Notes under the pieces: model-generated
What the model was told of the DNA's origin: nothing
The model's input: only the letters and a program-made list of their open reading frames with translations
The model's database searches: none
NCBI GenBank assembly: GCA_003233115.1
Contig: QIKV01000061.1
Location: forward strand, 889 to 64,888
Direction of reading: 5' to 3'
From: Oceanospirillales bacterium
GTDB taxonomy: Bacteria > Pseudomonadota > Gammaproteobacteria > Xanthomonadales > SZUA-36
Length of the DNA stretch: 64,000 nt
In this document: positions 38,476-47,940 of the stretch, piece by piece
How positions within the stretch are numbered: the stretch's first letter is position 1
How the letters are laid out: each line of letters starts with the position of its first letter
Translations under genes and position numbers: made by a program

Positions 38476-40014
38476 TTAATCCAGTGGCAATGGCTCAAGT
38501 GTCAGTGGATCCTTCAGCGGGATCTGTTGCATCTTCAAGCCGGTGACAGTTTCGATACTGCCGTGCTCACCATCACCCTTGCTGGCTTCTGCCAGCTTTC
38601 CGGTAAGCAGGATGCGAAGCTTATCAGGATGCAAGTGATCTATTGCGGCCTGCTGCACTGCGGCAATGGTAACCGCTGAAGTATTCTTCTCATAATCACT
38701 CCAGTAATCAGCCGGCGTGCCCAGCAAGTCGTCCGTTGAGAATGCAGTCGCTTTTCTTGAAGCATTGGAGTAGCGCTCATTCAGTACCGAAATAACGGCT
38801 TGCCTGGCCGTGTTCAGTTCCTGTTCGGAAACTGGCTCGGCCTGCATCCTGGCGATTTCTTCAAGCGCGATACCGCTGGCTTGTGGTACGGAGGGGTTCT
38901 TCGACTGGAAGTAAACCAGGAATACGCCCGGATAATAAATGCCCAGCGAATAGGCGCTGCCGGCGGAATAAGCCAGGCCTTCATCACTGCGGATCCGTTT
39001 GGTAATGCGGGAGGTAAAACCGCCGCCGCCAAGAATATCATTCATGACCTTGATAGCAAACTCCTGTGGATCACCGCGCCGCGGACCGGGGTGGAACATA
39101 CGCACACGGGTTTGGGTCACATCATCCTTATTGACGCCGTACAGGCCGGGCGCAACAGGGCTGGCCGTGGTTGGAATTGCCGGCAGATCCACCGCCTTCC
39201 CGAGGCGGGCAATTTCACGGTTCAGACGCGTTACAACAGCCGCCGGTTCGACATCGCCATTGACACTGATCACCAGGTTGGGAGAGGCAAACACCTTGGC
39301 GGCAAAGGCCCGCATGCGCGCGGCGTCAATCGCTCTGATCTGCGCCTCGGTTGCCTGGTAGCTGCGGTAGCTGCCAGGTCCGTAACGCATTTCCGTGTAC
39401 ACCCGCTGCTCAATCGTACGGGTGTCATCATTGCGGCGTTTCATTCCTTCAATAAACTGGTTCTTCTTGATCTCCAGACGCTGGCTGTCAAAGCGGGGTT
39501 CAGCAATGACATCAAACAGCAGGCCCAGGCTCTCATCGAGCTTACTGCTGAGCGAATCCATTCTGGCTGAGGCGGATGTATTGCCAATAGAAACATTCAC
39601 TGTGGTGGCCAGGAATTCCAGCTTTTCATCCAGGTCTTCCGGACTCAAAGTACGGGTGCCGCCATCGCGCATCATGCTGGCGGTAAGATTTGCCAGTCCG
39701 GCATCCGCAGGGTTCAGCAGATACTTGCCAGCACGGGACTGGACATTAATGACCACCAGCGGCAGTGAGTGGTCGGGGACAATGTAGGCCACGTTGCCGT
39801 TATCCAGGGTATAACGATACTTGGCAGCATCCGGAATCTCGATCTGACGGTCAGCGAACTTCAGGTCAGTCGGGAACGCGACCAGACCTTTGCGGGGCTG
39901 GTTAGCATCTGCCCGGGTTTCGGTATTTGTTGCAGTGCCGGCACACGCTGTCAGCAGGAACACAGCGAGTAAAATCGTGATGTGCTTTATCTGTTTCATT
40001 CTGTTGCTCCTCAC
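38476..40014 (-). CDS. M16-family peptidase subunit lacking the zinc motif (lipoprotein)
   Basis: Lipobox LLTAC and M16 fold-like length and architecture. No HxxEH motif at the expected position. Confidence 0.75.
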   Translation of the reverse strand: MRSNRMKQIKHITILLAVFLLTACAGTATNTETRADANQPRKGLVAFPTDLKFADRQIEIPDAAKYRYTLDNGNVAYIVPDHSLPLVVINVQSRAGKYLLNPADAGLANLTASMMRDGGTRTLSPEDLDEKLEFLATTVNVSIGNTSASARMDSLSSKLDESLGLLFDVIAEPRFDSQRLEIKKNQFIEGMKRRNDDTRTIEQRVYTEMRYGPGSYRSYQATEAQIRAIDAARMRAFAAKVFASPNLVISVNGDVEPAAVVTRLNREIARLGKAVDLPAIPTTASPVAPGLYGVNKDDVTQTRVRMFHPGPRRGDPQEFAIKVMNDILGGGGFTSRITKRIRSDEGLAYSAGSAYSLGIYYPGVFLVYFQSKNPSVPQASGIALEEIARMQAEPVSEQELNTARQAVISVLNERYSNASRKATAFSTDDLLGTPADYWSDYEKNTSAVTIAAVQQAAIDHLHPDKLRILLTGKLAEASKGDGEHGSIETVTGLKMQQIPLKDPLTLEPLPLD

Positions 40015-41723
40015 TGTCCAATCTTGCCGATGACGTAATCAATAACAGCCTGCATCTCGGCAGGTGCCTGCGAGCGCATCGATTCCAACCGGCCGAGTAT
40101 TTCTTTTTGCTTCTCTGCAGGCTGGGATTTGAGCTGGCTCAACATCTGCCTGGCCGTCTGTTTTTGCTGGTCGCTGAAATCCGCCATGGCCGGGTCTTCG
40201 GCTTCTGCGCCGGCTTTACGGGTATACAGCCTGGCCCCCATGTTATCTGTAACCAGGTATTTCTTTGCGACCCGCTGTACGTCTTCCCGGCTAACGGATT
40301 TGACCCGCTCAAACAGGGTCTGCATGCTGCTCCAGTCGCGTAATCCATCGTAATACAGCAACTGGATAGCCAGAAAGAAGTTGTCCTCCAGGCGGCGGAA
40401 GTTATCTGCGGAGAGGTTGTTGCGCACCTTTTCCAGTTCATACTCGGAGATGCCGTCATGCTGGATTTTTTCTATCTCCTCGAGCAACACTTGCTTCAGC
40501 ACCCGGGGATCTACATCGGATTTGCCGCTGGCACTCAGCTCAAAGACACCGTCATATTTCCGTGAATCTTCACTGGCCGAAGCTGAGGTCGCGATCTGGT
40601 CCTTGAGCACCAGTCGTTTGTGCAGGCGGCCAGTTTTTCCGTTGAGCGCATCGGCCAGTACCATCAGTGCCGGGTCATCCACTCCGCCAAAGGCCGTGGT
40701 ATGGAATGACAGGGTAACACTGGGTGGCGCGTCCACCTCGGCGTGGTATTCAAAGTCTCCCTTGAGCGGCATGAATAAGGTCACGACATCCGGTGGGACC
40801 TGTTTGCCGCGTGGAATTTGTCCAAAATACTGATTGGCCCACCGCAACGCCTGGTCTTCATCAAAGTCTCCGACCAGGACTGCTGTCAGGTTATTCGGTG
40901 CGTAATAAATATCAAAATAGTTTTCTGCCTGTTCACGGGTGATTGCCGACACATCGCTGGGCCAGCCGACCACCGGCCAGCCATAGGGGTGGCCGCGCCA
41001 GAACATCGAGTTGAAAACTTCATTTTGAACCCCGGTGGGGGTGGATTCCGTACGCATGCGGCGTTCTTCGTAAACCACATCACGTTCGGAGTAGAATTCA
41101 CGAAACACCGGGTCAGAAAGGCGATCGCTTTCCATCCAGAACCAGAGTTCCAGCTTGTTTTTTGGCACCCGCAGGAAATATACCGTCATGTCTTCATTGG
41201 TGAAAGCATTCATACCGGTTGAACCCTGTTCGGTATAAATCTGGTCGAACTGATCTTTGATAATGTTTGCGCGTTGCTGTTTGATGACAGTTTCAAACTG
41301 GGCGCGCAAAGCCTTCATTTCATCACTATCCAGGGAAGGGTCCGACATGGATTCTGCCTGTCCGGTACGAACCTTCAGGCGATTAATCCGCTCCAGCGCA
41401 AACATTTGCTGGCGCAAGCTATCCAATTCTGCCCTGAGCCGGTCATCCAGGGCGGCGTCTTTTACACCAATGGTATGGGTGCCCTTGAACATCATGTGCT
41501 CAAACAGATGGGATATTCCAGTGATGCCGGGACGCTCGTTGGCGGAACCTACATGGGCGACCCAGCCGGCCGAAATCATCGGTGCACCGGGTCGCTGCAC
41601 CATCAAAAACCGCATGCCGTTGTCCAGGCGGTATTCGCTGACGATGTCATTCAGGTTATTTTCCTGTGCCGCCCCGGTCAGGCTGGTGGCGAGCAGTGCG
41701 GTCAATAGCAGAAACTTTTTCAT
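40011..41723 (-). CDS. M16-family zinc metallopeptidase (exported, catalytic subunit)
   Basis: Signal peptide, inverted zincin motif HLFEHMMFKG and a downstream E (…YEERR…). 4-nt overlap with the partner gene. Confidence 0.85.
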   Translation of the reverse strand: MKKFLLLTALLATSLTGAAQENNLNDIVSEYRLDNGMRFLMVQRPGAPMISAGWVAHVGSANERPGITGISHLFEHMMFKGTHTIGVKDAALDDRLRAELDSLRQQMFALERINRLKVRTGQAESMSDPSLDSDEMKALRAQFETVIKQQRANIIKDQFDQIYTEQGSTGMNAFTNEDMTVYFLRVPKNKLELWFWMESDRLSDPVFREFYSERDVVYEERRMRTESTPTGVQNEVFNSMFWRGHPYGWPVVGWPSDVSAITREQAENYFDIYYAPNNLTAVLVGDFDEDQALRWANQYFGQIPRGKQVPPDVVTLFMPLKGDFEYHAEVDAPPSVTLSFHTTAFGGVDDPALMVLADALNGKTGRLHKRLVLKDQIATSASASEDSRKYDGVFELSASGKSDVDPRVLKQVLLEEIEKIQHDGISEYELEKVRNNLSADNFRRLEDNFFLAIQLLYYDGLRDWSSMQTLFERVKSVSREDVQRVAKKYLVTDNMGARLYTRKAGAEAEDPAMADFSDQQKQTARQMLSQLKSQPAEKQKEILGRLESMRSQAPAEMQAVIDYVIGKIGQ

Positions 41724-41838
41724 TGTTAACCTCGTCTAAAGTGAAGGTGCTTTGAAGTTAAGGAATTTTTCAGCCCGGAGACCGGGACTCAAACCAAAAT
41801 CGTATCAGAATTGCGCAGTTTACCGCACTCCGGGAGCA

Positions 41839-41885
41839 AGTGTAGTGTCAACCCTGTAACGCAGGTTCAGGGTTGACACTACACT
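41839..41885. repeat. Perfect 18-bp inverted repeat with an 11-nt spacer in a divergent intergenic region
   Basis: agtgtagtgtcaaccctg (41839-41856) and cagggttgacactacact (41868-41885) are exact reverse complements. Confidence 0.85.
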
Positions 41886-42005
41886 GGTGGCGAGCATGGC
41901 TGCTGGCGATTGACTTTGTGCCGTCATTTTTACCCATCGGGCGGGCTTAACGGGTACAATGCACGCCTTGCGCAAACACCACGGAAACATGAGTGTATTT
42001 AGACG

Positions 42006-43082
42006 ATGAATAAAGAATCTGTAATGGCCCTGTTGGGTGAAATCAATGATGAAAACACCGGTTGTGACCTGGTTACTGCAGGTGCAGTCCGCGAAGTAGG
42101 TGTCCATGAAGACCGCATTAGTGTGGACATCCGGTTAGGCTATCCGCTGGCTGACCAGGGGATGGCACTGGCCGCAGCTATCAAGGCCCGTCTCGAAAAT
42201 GATCCAGGAATCGATGCGGCGGCCGTGAATGTCAGTTACAAAATTCAGCCGCACAAAGTACAGGATGAACTCAAACCACTGGGCTCAATCGCAAATATTA
42301 TTGCTGTTGGTTCGGGCAAGGGTGGCGTGGGTAAATCAACTGCGGCCGTCAACCTGGCGATCTCCTTACAACGTGAAGGAGCCCGTGTCGGGCTGCTGGA
42401 TGCAGATATTTACGGCCCGAGTATTCCGGCCATGCTGGGTGTGAAGGGACAGCCGGCTACCGATGGGGAAAACATCATTCCTAAAGAGGCCCATGGCCTT
42501 AAAGTGATGTCGATCGGCTTCCTGGTAGAAGAAGATACTCCGATGATCTGGCGCGGCCCGATGGTCACTTCGGCCTTGCAGCAGTTATTGAATGATACGT
42601 TATGGGGTCCGTTGGACTACCTGATTATTGACCTGCCGCCGGGTACCGGTGATATCCAGTTGACCCTCGCGCAGCGGATACCCACTGCAGGTGCGGTTAT
42701 TGTAACAACGCCACAGGACATCGCTTTGCTGGATGCGCGTAAGGCCCTGCACATGTTCCGCAAAGTGGATGTGCCGGTTCTGGGTGTGGTTGAAAACATG
42801 AGTACGCATATTTGCACTTCCTGTGGTCACGAAGAAGCCATTTTCGGTAGTGGCGGCGGCGAGCAGATGGCGCAAGATTTTGAAATTCCGCTGCTGGGCC
42901 AACTGCCCCTGGCGATTGAAATCCGCGCGTCGCTGGACGAAGGCAAGCCGACGGTTGCACACAACCCTGATTCAGCAGCAGCCAGAAGCTTCCGCAGCCT
43001 GGCTCTGCGCACGGCAGGCGCATTGGCAGTTATGCCGCGCAGCATGGCGTTCAAGATGCCGGAAATCGTCATCTCCAATTAG
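42006..43082 (+). CDS. apbC: Fe-S cluster carrier ATPase ApbC/Mrp
   Basis: N-terminal DUF59-like region, deviant Walker A (GSGKGGVGKST) and a CxxC motif (HICTSCGHE). Confidence 0.9.
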   Translation: MNKESVMALLGEINDENTGCDLVTAGAVREVGVHEDRISVDIRLGYPLADQGMALAAAIKARLENDPGIDAAAVNVSYKIQPHKVQDELKPLGSIANIIAVGSGKGGVGKSTAAVNLAISLQREGARVGLLDADIYGPSIPAMLGVKGQPATDGENIIPKEAHGLKVMSIGFLVEEDTPMIWRGPMVTSALQQLLNDTLWGPLDYLIIDLPPGTGDIQLTLAQRIPTAGAVIVTTPQDIALLDARKALHMFRKVDVPVLGVVENMSTHICTSCGHEEAIFGSGGGEQMAQDFEIPLLGQLPLAIEIRASLDEGKPTVAHNPDSAAARSFRSLALRTAGALAVMPRSMAFKMPEIVISN

Positions 43083-43108
43083 TTCGATACACTAGCACTG
43101 GCAACTGA

Positions 43109-43678
43109 GTGAGCATCAAGTCAGACAAATGGATCCGCCGCATGGCGCGGGAATACGCCATGATCGAGCCGTTCGAGCCCGGTCAGGTAAGGGTCGGCGC
43201 AGGCGGTGAGCAACAAATTTCCTATGGCACTTCAAGCTATGGCTATGACGTTCGCTGTGCCAACCATTTCAAGATTTTTACCAATATCAATTCTGCCGTG
43301 GTCGACCCGAAGAATTTTGATGAAAGCAGTTTTGTAGATGTGCGCGGTGACGTCTGCATTATTCCGCCCAACTCCTTCGCATTGGCACGCACGGTGGAGT
43401 ACCTGCGCATCCCGCGCAACGTGCTGACCATCTGCCTGGGTAAATCCACGTATGCGCGCTGCGGCATCATTGTCAATGTCACGCCGCTGGAGCCCGAGTG
43501 GGAAGGGCACGTAACGCTGGAATTTTCCAACACGACACCACTGCCGGCCCGCATTTATGCCAATGAGGGGGTCGCGCAATTCCTGTTTTTTGAATCGGAT
43601 GAGGTGTGTGAAGTTTCCTACCGGGACCGCGCGGGAAAATACCAGGGGCAGCGCGGGGTCACGCTACCGAAAGCGTGA
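43109..43678 (+). CDS. dcd: dCTP deaminase
   Basis: [13 protein letters not shown]...SYGYDVR...[21 protein letters not shown] start. Confidence 0.9.
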   Translation: MSIKSDKWIRRMAREYAMIEPFEPGQVRVGAGGEQQISYGTSSYGYDVRCANHFKIFTNINSAVVDPKNFDESSFVDVRGDVCIIPPNSFALARTVEYLRIPRNVLTICLGKSTYARCGIIVNVTPLEPEWEGHVTLEFSNTTPLPARIYANEGVAQFLFFESDEVCEVSYRDRAGKYQGQRGVTLPKA

Positions 43679-43698
43679 GATCAGGATGTGACTGAACG

Positions 43699-44838
43699 CT
43701 AGCGCAAGGGCGGTTGCTGGATCAGGGTTGCGTAAGTTTCAAAAACGCCCGTACTACGCCGTACCTTGAGCGCCACCCGCGTACCAGGTTTGCGCTGAGC
43801 GATGGCCAGTAAAAGCGCCCTGGCATCGTCCACTTCGCCACCATCGATACTCAACAGGACGTCCCCGGCCCTGATGCCGGCGGTCCAGGCTGGGCCGCCG
43901 GAGGTGACATCGCGAACCTGGATGCCGCGGCGCATAGCGCTTCCATCTGTTTGCAATGACAGGGGCAAATCACTGAACAGTGCACCAAGCCAGCCTCTCC
44001 TGACGCTGCCATAGTCAATTATTTGCTGCATGACATCCCTGGCCATCTTAATGGGTATGGCGAAACCGATATTTTGCGCACCCTGTGCCTGGCCCAGGTT
44101 ACGCGTGTTGATACCAATGACCTCGCCGCGGTAGTTGATCAGCGCACCGCCACTGTTGCCGGCATTGATGGCTGCATCGGTCTGGATAAAGTCTTCATAA
44201 AGCACGGACCTGAGGTCATTTCGGCCGGTTGCACTGACGATGCCCATGGTGACGGTATGGCTCAGCCCAAAAGCGTTGCCGATGGCCAGTACAACGTCAC
44301 CCACGCGCACCTTGGCGTCTGTTGCCAGGGGTGCTGCAGGCAAGCCGTCCAGGTCGATCTTAAGCACTGCCAAATCTGTTTCCGGGTCACTGCCGACCAC
44401 CTGTGCCGCGGCGAAGCGCCCGTCCCACAATCCCACACTGATATTCTGTACCTGGCTGATCACGTGATTATTGGTCAATATGTAGCCATCTTCACTCACC
44501 AGCACACCCGAACCCATGTCCGCCCGGGAACGGGCAATATAGGGACTGCCAAGAATTTTTTGGAGCCGCGGGCTGACCGGTTGAAGCTCCACTGTTTTTG
44601 TATATATGCTGACCACCGAGGGGGCAGCGCGGTCAACTGCATCTGCGTATGAAACAGGTGCTGAAGGCGTAACGGCTACGGTTGATCGGTGTGTGGAAAC
44701 GCGCTCAGCGACGCTCGGCCACAGGTACAAGATGATAAATGCCAGTGCCAGGCCCGCAATCACAGAGCGCAATAGAAATCCGGTCAACGATCCTGCTGAT
44801 GTTTTTCTGCCTGAAGTTCGGGGGTCCAGTTGATTCAT
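43699..44838 (-). CDS. S1C trypsin-like serine protease with a PDZ domain (DegS/AlgW-like)
   Basis: N-terminal TM anchor, catalytic His (TNNHV), Asp (DLAVLK) and Ser (GNSGGAL), and one C-terminal PDZ domain. The start is uncertain (44838, 44871 or 44925). Confidence 0.8.
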   Translation of the reverse strand: MNQLDPRTSGRKTSAGSLTGFLLRSVIAGLALAFIILYLWPSVAERVSTHRSTVAVTPSAPVSYADAVDRAAPSVVSIYTKTVELQPVSPRLQKILGSPYIARSRADMGSGVLVSEDGYILTNNHVISQVQNISVGLWDGRFAAAQVVGSDPETDLAVLKIDLDGLPAAPLATDAKVRVGDVVLAIGNAFGLSHTVTMGIVSATGRNDLRSVLYEDFIQTDAAINAGNSGGALINYRGEVIGINTRNLGQAQGAQNIGFAIPIKMARDVMQQIIDYGSVRRGWLGALFSDLPLSLQTDGSAMRRGIQVRDVTSGGPAWTAGIRAGDVLLSIDGGEVDDARALLLAIAQRKPGTRVALKVRRSTGVFETYATLIQQPPLR

Positions 44839-45113
44839 TCCGTCAGTCTTCCGTGGTACAGGGGTTGCCATGAAAATACATGTCCGGGCCTGCTTGCCGA
44901 CCCTATCATGTAATTCTATCGGCAAATCGATTGTTTCGCATGGTGCGTTTCGGATAAACTAAGAGATTGGTACAGGTCAGGGGTGTATTGATGGGTTTGA
45001 GTATCACCATCAAGCGCTCTTTTACTCCCCAGGTCTGAGTGCAAAAATAGGAATTTCCCGAACTGGAACAGGGCACTGGTCCCTGATGGGATACTATCCT
45101 GCTGGAGAATTGA

Positions 45114-45230
45114 ATGTCATCTCATGACGCGAACCAAGGGAGGCGCCGGCCTCCCGTTGCCCCTGCTTCTTATCATTTTCTTACTAACGACACCCCGCTG
45201 GCGGGTGTTGGCCCACGAGGAGCGTTTTAA
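45114..45230 (+). pseudogene. petA: 38-codon in-frame remnant of the Rieske Fe-S subunit gene
   Basis: MSSHDANQGRRR (Tat-type Rieske N-terminus) is fused to PPVAPASYHFLTNDTPLAGVGPRGAF (Rieske C-terminal tail pattern). GGAG RBS. TAATG overlap with the petB start. No [2Fe-2S] CxH/CxxH boxes are present. Confidence 0.6.
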
Positions 45231-46474
45231 TGGCCAAATCTGCAAGTGGTCTTGCCAAACGCGCAAATAACCTGATGAATTGGCTGGATGACCGTCTACC
45301 GATAACCAGTTTCTGGAACGCGGTGATGGTCGGCTATCAGGCTCCGAAAAATTTTAATTTCTGGTATTACATGGGCTCGCTGGCTCTGTTGGTACTGGTC
45401 ATGCAAATCTTTACCGGGATTTTCCTGACCATGTTCTATAAACCTTCTGCTGCGGAAGCCTTTGCATCGGTTGAGTTCATCATGCGCGATGTGGATTGGG
45501 GTTGGTTGATTCGCTATATGCATTCGACCGGCGCTTCATTCTTCTTTATCCTGATATACCTGCATATGTTCCGCAGCCTGTTGTACGGTTCGCACCGTAA
45601 GCCGCGTGAGTTGCTGTGGGTTTTCGGCATGTTTATCTATCTGGCGCTGATGGCCGAGGCGTTTATGGGTTATGTGCTGCCATGGGGTCAGATGTCTTAC
45701 TGGGGAGCGCAGGTCATCATTAACCTGTTTGGTGCGATCCCCAAGATTGGCGAACCGCTGACACAATGGATACGCGGTGACTACTTTCTATCTGACGCAA
45801 CGCTGAACAAGTTTTTTGCCCTGCATGTTATCGCTGTCCCACTGGCTCTACTGGGCCTGGTTTTATTGCATCTGGTGGCGCTGCGTGAGAATGGTTCCAA
45901 CAACCCCGATGGGATAGAAATCAAGGCCAACAAAGGTCCTGATGGCACACCCATTGATGGCATTCCGTTCCATCCCTACTACACAGTCAAAGATATCTTC
46001 GGCGTGGGCATGTTTCTGATATTATTCTCATTTATCCTGTTCATGTGGCCGCAGGTTGGCGGCATGTTCCTCGAGGCCGACAACTTTGTACCGGCCAACC
46101 CGTTGGTGACGCCTGAACATATCAAGCCGGTTTGGTACTTCACCCCGTACTACGCAATCCTGAAGGCAGTCCCGGACAAACTGATGGGTGTGATCATGAT
46201 GGGTGCATCGGTAACCATCCTTTTCTTTCTGCCCTGGCTGGACCGCTCACCGGTTAAGTCCATTCGCTATAAAGGCATGTGGTACAAGGTCTTACTGGGT
46301 GTGTTTACGATAGCTTTTCTCCGTCTTGGCATGCTCGGCATGGCTGAAGGAACACCAGCGCAGACCTGGGAAATGCGTATCTGGACGCTGGTTTACTTCA
46401 TGTTCTTCGTGCTGCTTTATTTTATGAGTCCGGGCGGCAAAACCAAACCGGTACCCGATCGGGTGACGCACTGA
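45230..46474 (+). CDS. petB: Cytochrome b (bc1 complex)
   Basis: Eight-TM cytochrome b with paired His ligands (…RYMHSTGASFFF…, …FALHV…LHLVALRENGSNNP…) and PEWYF-like KPVWYFTPYY. Confidence 0.95.
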   Translation: MAKSASGLAKRANNLMNWLDDRLPITSFWNAVMVGYQAPKNFNFWYYMGSLALLVLVMQIFTGIFLTMFYKPSAAEAFASVEFIMRDVDWGWLIRYMHSTGASFFFILIYLHMFRSLLYGSHRKPRELLWVFGMFIYLALMAEAFMGYVLPWGQMSYWGAQVIINLFGAIPKIGEPLTQWIRGDYFLSDATLNKFFALHVIAVPLALLGLVLLHLVALRENGSNNPDGIEIKANKGPDGTPIDGIPFHPYYTVKDIFGVGMFLILFSFILFMWPQVGGMFLEADNFVPANPLVTPEHIKPVWYFTPYYAILKAVPDKLMGVIMMGASVTILFFLPWLDRSPVKSIRYKGMWYKVLLGVFTIAFLRLGMLGMAEGTPAQTWEMRIWTLVYFMFFVLLYFMSPGGKTKPVPDRVTH

Positions 46475-47235
46475 TGAAAACCTTACAAATTAAAGCCAGG
46501 GCCACCTGTCTGTTTACTGCGGCCGTGCTGTTGCTGGCCGCCAGTTTTTCAGTTGCACTGGCCGGTGAGGCTGGTTTTGAACGATCTGGAGCCAACATTG
46601 AGGACACAGCTTCATTGCAGCGTGGTGCCAAGTGGTACGTTAACTACTGTCTTGGTTGCCACAGCCTGAACTATATGCGCTATAACCGCCTCGCTACAGA
46701 CCTGCAGCTTAGTGATGATGAGGTTATGCAGAATCTGGTTTTTTCCAATGCAAAAATTGGCGATACGATGACAATTGCCATGGATGAGGAGCAGGCGGAA
46801 GATTGGTTTGGCAAGGCCCCTCCTGACCTTTCGCTCATCGGGCGATCGCGGGGGGCAGACTGGCTGTATGCTTATCTGCGTGGTTTCTACAAGGATGAAG
46901 ATGGTAGCTGGAATAACTCGGCTCTGGACAATGTGGCCATGCCGAATGTTTTATGGCGATTACAGGGGATCCAGATCCCGGTGTACCGCGAGGAAACAAC
47001 AGAAGAGGGGTATACGCACGAAGTCCTTGATCACTATGAACTGACCACGCAGGGTACCCAGTCAGCACAAGAATATGAAGAAACTGCCCGCGATCTCGCC
47101 GCATTTCTTGAGTATGTTGGTGAGCCTGCCGCGCTCCAGCGCAAAAGTATTGGCGTGTGGGTGATTTTGTTCCTCGTGCTGTTTACCTTCCTTGCCTATC
47201 TGTTGAAAGTAGAGTATTGGCGAGACGTTCATTAA
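46474..47235 (+). CDS. petC: Cytochrome c1
   Basis: Signal peptide, heme-binding CLGCHS, Met ligand region (…AMPNVL…) and a C-terminal TM anchor. ATGA overlap with petB. Confidence 0.9.
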   Translation: MKTLQIKARATCLFTAAVLLLAASFSVALAGEAGFERSGANIEDTASLQRGAKWYVNYCLGCHSLNYMRYNRLATDLQLSDDEVMQNLVFSNAKIGDTMTIAMDEEQAEDWFGKAPPDLSLIGRSRGADWLYAYLRGFYKDEDGSWNNSALDNVAMPNVLWRLQGIQIPVYREETTEEGYTHEVLDHYELTTQGTQSAQEYEETARDLAAFLEYVGEPAALQRKSIGVWVILFLVLFTFLAYLLKVEYWRDVH

Positions 47236-47298
47236 TCAATAGCAGGCTGCCTTAATCAGTGGCAAAGCACGGCCCGTGAACGGGCCAACAGGAGATAA

Positions 47299-47940
47299 GT
47301 GGTGACAGCAGCAGTTAAAGGCCGTTCGACAATGGCGTTGTATTCTCATGATCGTAATATTCACTGCCATCGGGTTCGATTTGTGTTGGCAGAAAAGTGT
47401 ATTAACGTAGAAATCATTGATGTAACTAACAATGAGTCTGCCACCGCCGATCTGGCTGAATTGAATCCGTATAATGAAACACCAACACTGGTTGATCGCG
47501 ATTTGCTGTTGCATGATGCCGGCGTAATCAATGAATACCTGGATGAGCGTTACCCGCACCCCCCGTTAATGCCGGTAGATCCCGTTTCCCGGGCCCGCTT
47601 ACGACTTGTTCATCACCGGGTTTTACGCGACTGGTTCCCGCTGGCAAAGGAAATTGAGGATTCTACCGGAAGCAAAGCTGACAAGGCAAAACAGCAACTT
47701 AAGGAAAGCATTGTCGCCGCCAATGACCTGTTCAAGCAGGCTGACTACCTGATCAGCGATGAACTGAGCCTGGTCGACTGCACGCTGGGCCCCCTGTTCT
47801 GGCGGTTACCGGTCTATGGTATAGATCTTGGGAAGCCGGGCTCTTCAGTGCAGGCGTATGTGCAACGGCTGTTCTCACGCCCGTCATTCAAATCCAGCCT
47901 GACCCGTGCTGAACGTGAAATGGTGCTTGACCTGATATGA
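47299..47940 (+). CDS. sspA: Stringent starvation protein A
   Basis: By recollection it is colinear with E. coli SspA (…VRFVLAEK…PTLVDRDL.L…INEYLDERYPHPPLMPV…DELSLVDC.L.PL.WRLP…). GTG start. Confidence 0.9.
   Translation: MVTAAVKGRSTMALYSHDRNIHCHRVRFVLAEKCINVEIIDVTNNESATADLAELNPYNETPTLVDRDLLLHDAGVINEYLDERYPHPPLMPVDPVSRARLRLVHHRVLRDWFPLAKEIEDSTGSKADKAKQQLKESIVAANDLFKQADYLISDELSLVDCTLGPLFWRLPVYGIDLGKPGSSVQAYVQRLFSRPSFKSSLTRAEREMVLDLI

Noticed and set aside
23564-42005. Classical genomic island or mobile element spanning the accessory block.
   Set aside because: No integrase, transposase, tRNA/tmRNA attachment site, flanking direct repeats or phage/conjugation genes are visible. I report only the synteny break.
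47236-47298. Hairpin ggcccg-tgaa-cgggcc after petC, considered as a terminator.
   Set aside because: It is a short 6-bp stem with no following U-tract, and sspA starts about 30 nt later. There is insufficient support to annotate it.
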